64,000 bases of DNA from an uncultured bacterium (GTDB lineage Bacteria > Chloroflexota > Anaerolineae > B4-G1), in the NCBI GenBank assembly GCA_965612745.1, contig CBFDTD010000004.1:1253-65252 (forward strand). The letters run 5' to 3'. Position numbers and translations under genes: made by a program. The notes below the pieces were generated by a model, which saw only the letters and a program-made list of their open reading frames with translations, was not told where the DNA came from and made no database searches. Positions 37,300-48,610 of the stretch are shown in pieces (within the stretch, counting starts at the first letter, position 1; every line of letters begins with the position of its first letter).

Positions 37300-37654
37300 T
37301 TATCCGCGCCACGTCCACTGCCTGGGGGCCTCTCCTGGTCTGCTCGACGAGGTAGGTCACCCGTGTGCCGTCGGGAAAGTCCGGTGTCTCCCCCGGCGCG
37401 ATGCCAGTACGATGGAAGAAGATCTCATTCCCACTGCGCTGGATGATGAAGCCGTACCCTCTCTCCACGTCGTACCACTTGATGATCCCTTCATGGGGAC
37501 CAGGAGCGCGTTCGGCCTTCTTCTGGCAATCCGGGCACAGAGTGGGGAGGGTTATCTCAAACCCCAGTTCGGATAACCGCCGTTGCTCCTCGACGGTGAA
37601 TATAAATTGCTTTCCGCACTTCTCACACGTGGCCCAGGTGTCACGATAGGGCAT
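37289..37654 (-). CDS. Zinc-ribbon plus cold-shock-domain protein
   Basis: CEKC...FIFTVEEQ...CPDC ribbon followed by CSD KWYDVERGYGFI...FFH. Confidence 0.88.
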   Translation of the reverse strand: MPYRDTWATCEKCGKQFIFTVEEQRRLSELGFEITLPTLCPDCQKKAERAPGPHEGIIKWYDVERGYGFIIQRSGNEIFFHRTGIAPGETPDFPDGTRVTYLVEQTRRGPQAVDVARINET

Positions 37655-37665
37655 TGAAGAACCTC

Positions 37666-40104
<2,439 letters not shown>

Positions 40105-40135
40105 AAACGAATCTCCAGTACGTGGTGTATGGTAG

Positions 40136-40270
40136 CGCGAAAAGAGACCACGAAAGGCACGAATTTGGACCGCGAAAGACGCGAAAAGAGACCGCGAAAG
40201 ACACGAAAAGAGACCACGAAAGGCGCGAAAAGAGACGAAAAGCACGAAAGGCTTTCGCGATTTTCGTGAT
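40136..40270. repeat. Degenerate 9-12 bp tandem repeats (CGCGAAAAGA/CACGAAAGG) in the gyrA leader
   Basis: About a dozen CGAAA-cored units between promoter and start codon. Confidence 0.8.
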
Positions 40271-40327
40271 TCAAACGCCCCCATACGCATCGCACACCAG
40301 GGGCGCAGGACGCAGCCCTACGATACT

Positions 40328-40356
40328 ACTATACGCCAAGCAGGGATTTCTGTCAA
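40328..40356 (-). promoter_or_regulatory. Sigma70 promoter for gyrA
   Basis: TTGACA - 17 bp - TATAGT. Confidence 0.8.
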
Positions 40357-40363
40357 TTGCGGG

Positions 40364-40392
40364 TTGCGAATTACGGGATAGCGGGGTAGAAT
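40364..40392 (+). promoter_or_regulatory. Divergent sigma70 promoter for the xdhC operon
   Basis: TTGCGA - 17 bp - TAGAAT. Confidence 0.7.
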
Positions 40393-40419
40393 GGACGCGG
40401 TGGAGCAAGGGAGCAAAAT

Positions 40420-41226
40420 ATGATTGAGGAACTGGAACGAGTGTACGAGGCGGCGCTGGAGGCCATCCGGCGTGGAGAGCCGGCGGCGGTGGCGACGGTG
40501 ATCGAGGCGCGCGGTTCGACGCCCCGCGAGGCCGGGGCCAAGATGCTGGTCTATGCCGACGGTCGGACGGTGGGCACCGTCGGTGGGGGGCCGCCGGAGG
40601 CGTGGGTGATCGAGGAGGCACGGGCGGCGCTGGTCGAAGGGCAGCCACGAGTGTTGCAGTATCAGCCGGTGGGCCAGGAGGGCCGTGCTATAGACACCTG
40701 CGGGGAAAATATGCGCTTCCTCATCGAGGTGCTCCTGCCCCGACCCACGCTTTTGATTATCGGCGCGGGGCACATCGGGCAGGCGGTGGCGGAATTGGGG
40801 GCCTTCCTGGGCTACCGCATCGCCGTGCTGGACGAGCGGGCGGAGATGGTCACACCTGAGCGTTTTCCCCAGGCGGATGTGCTTCTCGCCGGCCCACTGG
40901 ACGAGCAGTTGCGGAACTTTCCACTCACGGAGCAGACCTACGCCGCGCTGGTGACGCCGCACCATTCGCGGGACGAGAAGGCGCTGGCGGTGCTGGCCGA
41001 GCAGCCCGTGGCCTACGTCGGGCTGATCGGTAGCCGCCGCCGCACCCAGGCGACCTTTAAGCGCGCGCGGGCGATGGGCGTGCCGGACGAGTTCCTGGCC
41101 CGCGTGCACACGCCCATCGGACTCGACATCGGGGCGGAGACGCCGAGGGAGATCGCGCTGAGCATCGTGGCGGAGGTCTTGGCGGTGCAACGGGGCAAGC
41201 CCCCCGGAAGAATGGAGCGTCAATGA
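40420..41226 (+). CDS. XdhC/CoxI-family molybdoenzyme maturation factor
   Basis: GSTPREAGAKM, GTVGGG, CG, GAGHIG, YVGLIGS, TPIGLDIGAETPREIA. Confidence 0.92.
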   Translation: MIEELERVYEAALEAIRRGEPAAVATVIEARGSTPREAGAKMLVYADGRTVGTVGGGPPEAWVIEEARAALVEGQPRVLQYQPVGQEGRAIDTCGENMRFLIEVLLPRPTLLIIGAGHIGQAVAELGAFLGYRIAVLDERAEMVTPERFPQADVLLAGPLDEQLRNFPLTEQTYAALVTPHHSRDEKALAVLAEQPVAYVGLIGSRRRTQATFKRARAMGVPDEFLARVHTPIGLDIGAETPREIALSIVAEVLAVQRGKPPGRMERQ

Positions 41227-42533
41227 CTCATCAGAGTGCCGCAGAGACATTCCCGCTAGGCCAAAGGAAGGTGCGCCGTAGTTTCGCCCTGGGCGTGTTG
41301 AACGGCGCGCTCTTTCAGTTCAGCCGGGCACTGGTTGATCCGGCGCTGGTGCTGACCTGGTTCGTCAGTGAACTCACCCAATCGAGTTTTCTGATCGGGC
41401 TGGTGGTGCCGTTGACCAAGGGGGGCTGGTTCCTGCCTCAGATGTTCGTCTCCGGCTATCTGCAACGCCGCCCGCGTAAACTGCCCTTCTACGTCGCGAC
41501 GGGGGCGGTGCGCCTCGCCTGCTGGGCGATGCTGGCCGGTCTGACCTGGCTCGTGAGTGACCGGGACACATTGCTGGTCGCTTTCTTCGTCCTCTACTCG
41601 TTGGTGCAGGTGACCGCCGGGCTGGCGGGGATTCCCTTCTTCGATGTGGTCGCCAAGACCATTCCGGCGACGCGGCGGGGGAGTTTATTCGCCTGGCGGC
41701 AGTTGCTCGGCGGGTTGTTGTCCATTGCAGCCGGCTGGATTGTGAAGCAGGCGTTGAACGGCGGGCTGGGGCTTCCATTCCCACGCGGATACGCTTTCCT
41801 GCTGACTGTGTCCACGGGTGTAATCGCGCTCGCGCTGATCTCATTTGCTCTGATCCCGGAGCCGAAAGGAGCGGTGGTGGAGGAGCGCGTCCGGCTGGGG
41901 AGACAGATACGACGGGCCTGGAGCCTGGCCAACCATGACATATCGTTTCGCCTTTACCTCGCTGCCCGCGTAGCACTCCTGTTCGGGGGTATTGCCGTTC
42001 CCTTCTACACCGTCCTCGCCAAGGAAGTGCTGGGCGCAGGTGTGGAGATGGTCGGCGTCTATCTGATCGCGACGCAGACGGCGGCGCTGGCGACGAATCT
42101 GCTCTGGGGTCGGCTGAGTGATCGTCACGGCAACCGATCGGTCCTGCGCCTGACCACGGCGGGCAAAATAGTTACGACCGCGTTGGCATTGGGGCTGAGC
42201 GTGCTCGTCCGCAGTGCCGGGCTTGGCGGGTGGTGGTTGCCATACCTGATGGTGCCGGTCTTCGCGCTTGAGGGCGCGCTTCGGCCAGCGGGTATAATCG
42301 GCGGCAGCAATCTGTTGCTGGAGATTGCCCCGCCGGTCGAGCGCCCCGTCTATCTGGGCTTCGCCAACACGGTGCTGGGACTGACGCTCCTGGCGACGAG
42401 TACAGGAGGATTGATCGTGGGCCATCTCGGATTTGAGGGCTTGTTCGCACTGGCGCTCGTCTGCCACAGCCTGGCCTTCGTGTTCAGCACGCGGCTGCGA
42501 GAACCCAGAAAGGAAGGATTAGTCTCGCTTTGA
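41223..42533 (+). CDS. MFS transporter
   Basis: About 12 TM helices, WGRLSDRHGNR motif A. Confidence 0.88.
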   Translation: MTHQSAAETFPLGQRKVRRSFALGVLNGALFQFSRALVDPALVLTWFVSELTQSSFLIGLVVPLTKGGWFLPQMFVSGYLQRRPRKLPFYVATGAVRLACWAMLAGLTWLVSDRDTLLVAFFVLYSLVQVTAGLAGIPFFDVVAKTIPATRRGSLFAWRQLLGGLLSIAAGWIVKQALNGGLGLPFPRGYAFLLTVSTGVIALALISFALIPEPKGAVVEERVRLGRQIRRAWSLANHDISFRLYLAARVALLFGGIAVPFYTVLAKEVLGAGVEMVGVYLIATQTAALATNLLWGRLSDRHGNRSVLRLTTAGKIVTTALALGLSVLVRSAGLGGWWLPYLMVPVFALEGALRPAGIIGGSNLLLEIAPPVERPVYLGFANTVLGLTLLATSTGGLIVGHLGFEGLFALALVCHSLAFVFSTRLREPRKEGLVSL

Positions 42534-42541
42534 GGGTTCAA

Positions 42542-43789
42542 ATGACGATCCACAAGCCTGCAGCACTGTACATGCACATCCCCTTCTGCCGCTCACGCTG
42601 CGCCTACTGCGATTTCAACACCTACGCCGGGCTGGAGGAACTGATACCGGCTTACGTGACGGCGGTGTGTCGGGAGATCGAGGTCGCCGGCGAGCGGTGG
42701 GGACGCCTGACCGTGCCGACGATCTACTTCGGCGGTGGCACCCCTTCGCTCTTGCCGCTTGATCTGGTGAGAGAATTGTTTCAGGTTGCGCGTTCCAGGT
42801 TTTACGTTTCAGATGATGCCGAAATCACCTTGGAGGCCAACCCGGGCACGGTGACGGTGGGGTACCTGCGTGGCCTGCGGTCGCTGGGCGTGAACCGGCT
42901 CAGCCTGGGGGTGCAATCGGCCCACGATGACGAACTCCGCCTCCTGGGCCGCATCCACACCTGGGCGGAGGCGGTCGAGGCGGTGGAGTGGGCGCGGGAG
43001 GCAGGCTTCGCCAACCTCAACCTCGATCTCATCTTCGGCCTGCCGGCCCAGACGTTGGCTCGCTGGCACCAGACGCTGGAGGCGGCGCTAAGACTCTCGC
43101 CGGAGCATCTGTCGCTGTACTGCCTGAGCGTCGAGGAGGGGACACCGCTGGAGAGGCGCATTGCGAGCGGTGCACTGCCCGCCGCCGACGAGGACCTGGC
43201 AGCGGAGATGTACGAACTGGCGGAGGAGATGCTGGCGGAGGCGGGGTACTTTCACTACGAGATCTCCAACTGGGCGAAAGCAAATCCTAAATCCCAAATC
43301 CCAAACTACAAACCCCAAAAGTGGTGGCCTGAACCTGAAACCCGGAGCCTGAAGCACGAAACGTTGAGCGAGGAGGTCAGCCCCTACGTATGCCGTCACA
43401 ACCTGACCTACTGGCGCAACGAGCCGTGGTTGGGGGTGGGGGCAGGGGCGCACTCCTGGCTGGGCGGACGCCGCTGGGCCAACGTGCGCCATCCACGGGA
43501 GTACATCGCGGCCTGTGGGACAAGTTGCCAACTTGTCCCACACCAAGAGGTGGAGGAGATTGACCGGCGGAAGGAGATGGGGGAGACGATGATGTTGGGA
43601 TTGCGGCTGGCGGAGGGAGTGCGCGACACCCGCTTTCAGGCACGATTTGGCCGGGGGTTGGAGCAGGTGTTTGGCGCTGAACTGGCGGAGTTGCAGGACC
43701 TGGGTCTGCTGGAGTGGAACGGGCGGGTGACCAGGCTGACGGCGCGAGGTCGGCTGGTGGGCAACTACGTGTTCGCGCATTTCGTGTGA
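42542..43789 (+). CDS. hemW: Radical SAM heme chaperone HemW (HemN-like) with a 38-aa insertion
   Basis: YMHIPFC..RC.YCDF, YFGGGTPS, EANP, YEISNW, CRHNLTYW. Confidence 0.92.
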   Translation: MTIHKPAALYMHIPFCRSRCAYCDFNTYAGLEELIPAYVTAVCREIEVAGERWGRLTVPTIYFGGGTPSLLPLDLVRELFQVARSRFYVSDDAEITLEANPGTVTVGYLRGLRSLGVNRLSLGVQSAHDDELRLLGRIHTWAEAVEAVEWAREAGFANLNLDLIFGLPAQTLARWHQTLEAALRLSPEHLSLYCLSVEEGTPLERRIASGALPAADEDLAAEMYELAEEMLAEAGYFHYEISNWAKANPKSQIPNYKPQKWWPEPETRSLKHETLSEEVSPYVCRHNLTYWRNEPWLGVGAGAHSWLGGRRWANVRHPREYIAACGTSCQLVPHQEVEEIDRRKEMGETMMLGLRLAEGVRDTRFQARFGRGLEQVFGAELAELQDLGLLEWNGRVTRLTARGRLVGNYVFAHFV

Positions 43790-43796
43790 CCAGGGT

Positions 43797-43825
43797 TTGA
43801 CACATCGCCTCAAGCGTGCTACTAT
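43797..43825 (+). promoter_or_regulatory. Strong sigma70 promoter for the SPS-like glycosyltransferase
   Basis: TTGACA - 17 bp - TACTAT with TGn extension. Confidence 0.85.
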
Positions 43826-43864
43826 GTTTCAACATATCCACTATATCCGTATGCGAGGAGCCAG

Positions 43865-45169
43865 ATGATGCGTGTACTCTGGACCAGCCCCCATTGCAGG
43901 CCGGATTGGCTGGACCGCCTGGGCGAGGAATCGCAGGGTGGACAAAGCGTGGTGATGAACAAACTTCCCCACGCCCTGACCCGCGCCGATCCCGGTATCC
44001 GCGTGGACATCTTCACCCGCCTGCAGGATAGTGACCCCCGCGCCGCCACTCCGGTCCGGTCCCTCGACGGCAACCCCCACGTGCGGCTCATCCGCCTCCC
44101 CTGCGGCCCCACCGACCGGTACGTCCCCAAGGAGTTCCTCTACGGTGAGCCCATCGCTGAGTTCGTCGAGCACATCCTGGGTTTCGTTGAGCGTGATGGG
44201 CTGCACTATGACCTGCTGCACGGCCACTACGCCGACGGCTGGGAGACGGTCACCCTGCTCAAAGCCCGCTGGCCCTACCACCCTCCCACCTTGCTCACCA
44301 CTCATTCCCTGGGCCGGCGCAAGCGGGCCGATTGCCTGGCCCGGAACGAAGCGCCGGCGGAGGAACTCGACCGTCGCTACAACTTCCCCGCCCGCATCGC
44401 CTCCGAAGAACGCTCGCTGGCCACCGCCGACCGCATCCTGCCCCTCTCCACCGTCGAGGCGGAGTTCCTGTATACCTACTACGACGCCGTCCCACCCGGT
44501 GACCCGCGTGTGATCGTGGTCCCAAACGGCATTGACTTGGCCGATTTCCCATCCCCTCCACCGGGAACTCGGGGCCGGGTGCGGGACGGTCTGGGCGTGG
44601 CCGATTCCGAGTTCCTCTTGCTGGTGCCATCGCGGGTGGACCCCCGCAAAGGACAGGCGAACATCCTGCGGGCATTGGTCGAGGCCCGGCCCGGGCTGAT
44701 CGGCCGCCCCTTCCGCCTCCTGCTCCTGGCCTGGCCCGATCCGCCCACCGACTATGCCCTCCGGCTGGAGCAGTTCATCGCCGGGCATGATCTGGATGGC
44801 TACGTGCTCACCCACCCGCCGGTGCCCCACGAGCGCATGCCCGGCTACTTCGCTGCCGCCGACGGGGTGGCGCTTCCCTCGCAGGAGTATTTCTCCATCG
44901 TCATGTTGGAGGCGATGTTGATGGAGCGTCCCCTCATCGCCAGCGTCCACGGCGGCTCGCGTGACGTCATCAGCGATGGGGTCAACGGCTTTCTGGTGGA
45001 TCACAACGATGTAGCGCAGTTGGCGCAGGCGGTGGTGCGGCTGGTGGGGATGGACGAAGCAGCGCGGCAGGCGATGGGTCGCCGGGCACGTCGGACTGTC
45101 CTGGAGGGTTACACCTGGGATCGAATCGCCCGCCGCCTGTTGGACATCTATGCGGGGCTGTTGGGCTAG
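43865..45169 (+). CDS. GT4 glycosyltransferase resembling the sucrose-phosphate synthase catalytic domain
   Basis: QGGQ, VDIFTR, RLPCGP..YVPKE, HGHYADG, THSLGRRK, SRVDPRKG. Confidence 0.8.
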   Translation: MMRVLWTSPHCRPDWLDRLGEESQGGQSVVMNKLPHALTRADPGIRVDIFTRLQDSDPRAATPVRSLDGNPHVRLIRLPCGPTDRYVPKEFLYGEPIAEFVEHILGFVERDGLHYDLLHGHYADGWETVTLLKARWPYHPPTLLTTHSLGRRKRADCLARNEAPAEELDRRYNFPARIASEERSLATADRILPLSTVEAEFLYTYYDAVPPGDPRVIVVPNGIDLADFPSPPPGTRGRVRDGLGVADSEFLLLVPSRVDPRKGQANILRALVEARPGLIGRPFRLLLLAWPDPPTDYALRLEQFIAGHDLDGYVLTHPPVPHERMPGYFAAADGVALPSQEYFSIVMLEAMLMERPLIASVHGGSRDVISDGVNGFLVDHNDVAQLAQAVVRLVGMDEAARQAMGRRARRTVLEGYTWDRIARRLLDIYAGLLG

Positions 45170-45194
45170 TTTGTGCTACAAAACTCAACGGAGG

Positions 45195-45237
45195 CCTCGA
45201 TGAATCGGGGCTTCCCCGGCTGAAGCCGGGCCTCCGA
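45195..45237. repeat. Dispersed REP copy
   Basis: CTCGATGAATCGGG followed by CCCGGCTGAAGCCGGGCCTCC. Confidence 0.75.
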
Positions 45238-45243
45238 TTGCAT

Positions 45244-45477
45244 CTACTCAGCCGTTCCGCCGGATTCGAGATCGGACGCAGATTAACGCATCCATACTGG
45301 GTCGTAGTGGACTGGGTCGTAGTGGCGACTTCAGTCGCTCTGACCTCGCTTTGAACGACTGAAGTCGTTACTACGAGCAAAATCGCCACAGTCCTGATTC
45401 AAAAATCGGCCTTTGGCGGCGTTCGTCTGCGTCCCAAGGGTGTGTTTCGACGTCCTATCTGAGGCTGGCTGAGTAAT
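45244..45477. mobile_element. Family A miniature element carrying an inserted family B REP element (45318-45395)
   Basis: Both arms match the reverse complement of 17371-17510; the central GATTTCCGCAGA is replaced by about 100 bp containing the family B element. Confidence 0.75.
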
Positions 45478-45487
45478 CACACGGTGT

Positions 45488-46330
45488 TTATCGCTGGTGA
45501 GCAGCGACCAAGAGGACGTCGGTCTCCTCGGCCTCTTTTTGGGCCCGAGGGTGAATGACGTAACCGAAGAGAACGGGGATGATATTCTCCGGGAGCGCCG
45601 GCCTGACCTGCTCCAAGCGTGATAGGAAACGGCGGACATCGTCGCTGTAGATGCGACTTTTCACCTCCCCTACGATGGCCGTCTCCTTACCATTACGTAA
45701 CCCCACACCATACAGGTCGAACTCCATCTCCTTGCCTTCCGGTCCCAGGAGGCAGGGATTCAGTTCCTCGCCCAAAGGACCAAGCACCTTGACGTCCAGG
45801 TGTCGTTCCAGGTAGCCGGGGAGGACAATACGGGCGATGCCTTCGAGGCCAAAGCCGATGTTCTCAGAGAGGCCGCCTACTTCTTTGCGCAGCGCGTCCA
45901 CGGCCTGGGTCAGTTCCTGCAGCCCTTTCTCGGTGCGGCGTTGGGCGATGACCAGGGAGGCTACCTGCTCCTCGGTGCGGCGCTGAGCCTCGGCTAGTTC
46001 TGCCACTACCGCCTCCAGGCGATTCAGTCGCTCCTCGGTGCGGCGCTGGGCCTCGGCCAACTGCCCCACCCGCTCCTCGGTGCGGCGCTGGGCCTCGGCC
46101 AACTGCCCCACCCGCTCCTCGGTGCGGCGCTGGGCCTCGGCCAGAGCCTGGATGGCGGCTTGCATTGCCTGATGCCCTTTCTCCAATTCGGTCAATTGCC
46201 GGAGAGCAAGCCGCTGCTTCTCCTCCCACACGGTCTCTATAAATTGCTGCAGGGCAGCAATCCCGTCATCGCCTAGTTTGTGCCGCAGCACCGGTGGGAT
46301 TCCTGCTTGCAGAGCCTTTGCCATTGCCAT
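45488..46330 (-). CDS. Coiled-coil repeat protein with C-terminal PD-(D/E)XK-like domain (DUF3782/paREP-like)
   Basis: LAEAQRRTEER repeats (identical 42-bp DNA units at 46029-46142); EFDLYG...GEVKS nuclease-like motif. Confidence 0.8.
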   Translation of the reverse strand: MAMAKALQAGIPPVLRHKLGDDGIAALQQFIETVWEEKQRLALRQLTELEKGHQAMQAAIQALAEAQRRTEERVGQLAEAQRRTEERVGQLAEAQRRTEERLNRLEAVVAELAEAQRRTEEQVASLVIAQRRTEKGLQELTQAVDALRKEVGGLSENIGFGLEGIARIVLPGYLERHLDVKVLGPLGEELNPCLLGPEGKEMEFDLYGVGLRNGKETAIVGEVKSRIYSDDVRRFLSRLEQVRPALPENIIPVLFGYVIHPRAQKEAEETDVLLVAAHQR

Positions 46331-46466
46331 TCGTTAACCCCCTAACCCAGACGAGCCGGAACCAAAACTTTACCACATAGACACGTGGGACGCGGAATTT
46401 TCTTCTCCTTTTCTCTTTCCCTCTGCGCGCTCTGTGTCTCCGTGGTGAATTTTCCTGCTTTTTGTA

Positions 46467-46494
46467 ATTATATCATGATATCCCATTGTAGCAA
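46467..46494 (-). promoter_or_regulatory. Possible promoter for the coiled-coil gene
   Basis: TTGCTA - 16 bp - TATAAT. Confidence 0.55.
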
Positions 46495-46568
46495 GGCGTG
46501 GTATCCGCTAGCGTGTCTAACCGACGGTTAAACCCGTTGGTTCCGGTGTGTATGGGTTAAAGGAACGC

Positions 46569-47513
46569 TCAATACACAAGAATATGCTCCCTGTACCACG
46601 CCACCGTCCGCCGCAGCCCCTCGTGGAAGTTCACCTCGACCCGGTAGCCCAGGGCCTCACGCGCGGCCGTGATGTCGGCCAAAGAGTGGCGCACGTCACC
46701 GGGGCGGGGAGCCGTGTGAACAGGCGTTATATGGGTGCCCAGAATTTCGGTGAGAACGGCGACCAGATCCAGGACGGTGTAGCGCTCCCCACAGGCGACG
46801 TTGAACACTCGACCGGAAACGTCGGGCGCAGTGGCCGCCAGCAAATTGGCCCGCACGACATTGGAGACGTAAGTGAAATCGCGGGATTGGTGACCGTCGC
46901 CGTAGATAGTAGGGGGCTCATCCCGCAGCAGAGCCGTGATAAATTTGGGGATGACCGCTGCGTATTGAGAGGCGGGGTCCTGCCGAGGGCCGAAGACGTT
47001 GAAGTAGCGCAAGCAGACCGTCTCCAAACCGTACGCCTGGGCGAAGACCCGGCAGTAATACTCCCCCGCCAGTTTGGAGACGGCGTAGGGAGATTTGGGA
47101 GCCGGGGACATATCCTCCCGCTTGGGTAAGGTGGGGTTATCGCCGTAGACCGAGGAGGACGAGGCGTATACCACCCGCTTGACCCCGGCATCTCGGGCGG
47201 CGATGAGCAGGTGCAGCGTGCCGGTGACGTTGGAATCGTTGCTGGCCAGCGGGTCGGCGATGGAGCGAGGCACCGAGGGCAACGCGGCCTGATGCAGGAT
47301 GTAATCCACCCCTTCCGCAACCCGACGCACGGTGGACAGGTCACGCAGATCGCCCTCCACGAGTTCAACGTGCTCCAGGAACGGAGCGAGGTTCTCCCGC
47401 CGACCGGTGCTGAAGTTATCCAGCACGCGCACTCGTTCCCGCCGGCGCACCAGTTCTTCTACGATGTGGGAGCCGATGAAGCCGGCCCCGCCGGTGACAA
47501 GGTATATAATCAT
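46569..47513 (-). CDS. NAD-dependent nucleotide-sugar epimerase (extended SDR, WbpP/GalE-like)
   Basis: GGAGFIG, HQAALPSVPRS, ASSSSVYG, YAVSK, RYFNVFGPRQ. Confidence 0.93.
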   Translation of the reverse strand: MIIYLVTGGAGFIGSHIVEELVRRRERVRVLDNFSTGRRENLAPFLEHVELVEGDLRDLSTVRRVAEGVDYILHQAALPSVPRSIADPLASNDSNVTGTLHLLIAARDAGVKRVVYASSSSVYGDNPTLPKREDMSPAPKSPYAVSKLAGEYYCRVFAQAYGLETVCLRYFNVFGPRQDPASQYAAVIPKFITALLRDEPPTIYGDGHQSRDFTYVSNVVRANLLAATAPDVSGRVFNVACGERYTVLDLVAVLTEILGTHITPVHTAPRPGDVRHSLADITAAREALGYRVEVNFHEGLRRTVAWYREHILVY

Positions 47514-47526
47514 AGGATGACCAGCA

Positions 47527-47685
47527 TTACTCCGGACGGATGATGCCCTCCGGGTGATTGGGCACCTCGGTCAACATCGTGACCTGATGCCCAGCCCGTA
47601 GGAGCCCCTGAGCCATCTCATAGGCGCGGGTCTGGGTGGCGCCGACTTGGGGTGGGAAGTACTGTGACAGGTAGAGGATACGCAT
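47527..47685 (-). pseudogene. 5' remnant (52 aa) of a WbuB-like GT4 glycosyltransferase
   Basis: MRILYLSQYFPPQVGATQTRAYEMAQGLLRAGHQVTMLTEVPNHPEGIIRPE*, then immediately the epimerase start. Confidence 0.78.
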
Positions 47686-47691
47686 AGCAGG

Positions 47692-48054
47692 TTACAGCGG
47701 TATGCTCTCCGCGTAGATGCGGGACAGGAACGGTGTCTTGTGTTCGAGTTCGGACGCAGTGTACACGAGTAGGTCTACCCCGATGGGCAAGTCAAAGTAC
47801 CGGTAGAAGAGTAAGCTGCGCTCGATCCTATCCGCCGGCAGGTTCTGCTCCGGCGCGTCGGTCAGGATGATCAGGATGTCCACGTCGCTGGTGCCAACGT
47901 GGTCGCCCCTGGCGATGGAGCCAAAGACGCGCACATCCTGTACGCCGCTATGAGCCGCCCGTATCCGCTGTGCGATGGCGCGGAGTCTGGCCCACAGTTT
48001 ATCTCTGTTCAACGAGATGATCTTTACAGAATCGGATGATGTCTGTTGCAGCAC
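47692..48054 (-). CDS. Minimal nucleotidyltransferase (MNT) of a HEPN-MNT pair
   Basis: FGSIARGD...SDVDIL; GTG start at 48054 inferred; overlaps the HEPN gene. Confidence 0.85.
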   Translation of the reverse strand: MLQQTSSDSVKIISLNRDKLWARLRAIAQRIRAAHSGVQDVRVFGSIARGDHVGTSDVDILIILTDAPEQNLPADRIERSLLFYRYFDLPIGVDLLVYTASELEHKTPFLSRIYAESIPL

Positions 48055-48391
48055 TGATAGCCTCTCGCGCCTGTTTCTGGTTGAAATAGTCGGCCGGCTT
48101 GCCTTCCGCAAATCCATTGGGATAGCGTGCCGGGATGTAATACGCATCCAACAACTGCGCCCGCTCGATCACTTCCGGGGGCGACTGTGGCTCGGTGAGA
48201 CGACGCAGCATCGCAGTGATCGAGTGCCCCCAGGCAGTGTAGCCACGATTCATCAGCAACGCCTTCACAGCCTTTTCCGCTGCCTGCTGGCTGGTGAAAC
48301 AGGCCCATTCCCAGTAAGCGTACTCCACGTCCAGTTGAGCACGTTGCAAATCACGCTCGGCTTGTTCCAGCCAATCACGGTATCGGTTCAT
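47999..48391 (-). CDS. HEPN-domain protein
   Basis: WLEQAERDL, ACFTSQQAAEKAVKA, WGHSI, YIPARYPN; GGAGG RBS. Confidence 0.9.
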   Translation of the reverse strand: MNRYRDWLEQAERDLQRAQLDVEYAYWEWACFTSQQAAEKAVKALLMNRGYTAWGHSITAMLRRLTEPQSPPEVIERAQLLDAYYIPARYPNGFAEGKPADYFNQKQAREAISAATDIIRFCKDHLVEQR

Positions 48392-48411
48392 CAGATTTCC
48401 TCCGCACAACC

Positions 48412-48440
48412 ATTATACATCAGCGGTCGCGCCGTGACAA
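48412..48440 (-). promoter_or_regulatory. Promoter for HEPN-MNT lying in the 3' end of the wecB remnant
   Basis: TTGTCA - 17 bp - TATAAT, 20 nt upstream of the HEPN ATG. Confidence 0.72.
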
Positions 48441-48610
48441 AGCAGTTCCACAATGTGCTCACCGGCGTGCCCGTCGCCGAAGAGCGGCGGTGGGTCGCCG
48501 ACGGGCCGGAATTCACGGGCGGCGCGGACGATGGCCTCGCGGTCTGCCCCCAGAGCAAGTTCCACCCGGCGGCGACGGTCTCCGGCCACTCGGCGTCCTC
48601 CCGCAGGCTA
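48418..48610 (-). pseudogene. Frameshifted 3' remnant of a UDP-GlcNAc 2-epimerase
   Basis: LREDAEWPETVAAGWNLL / GADREAIVRAAREFRPVGDPPPLFGDGHAGEHIVELL, with a 1-nt frameshift between the two parts. Confidence 0.75.
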
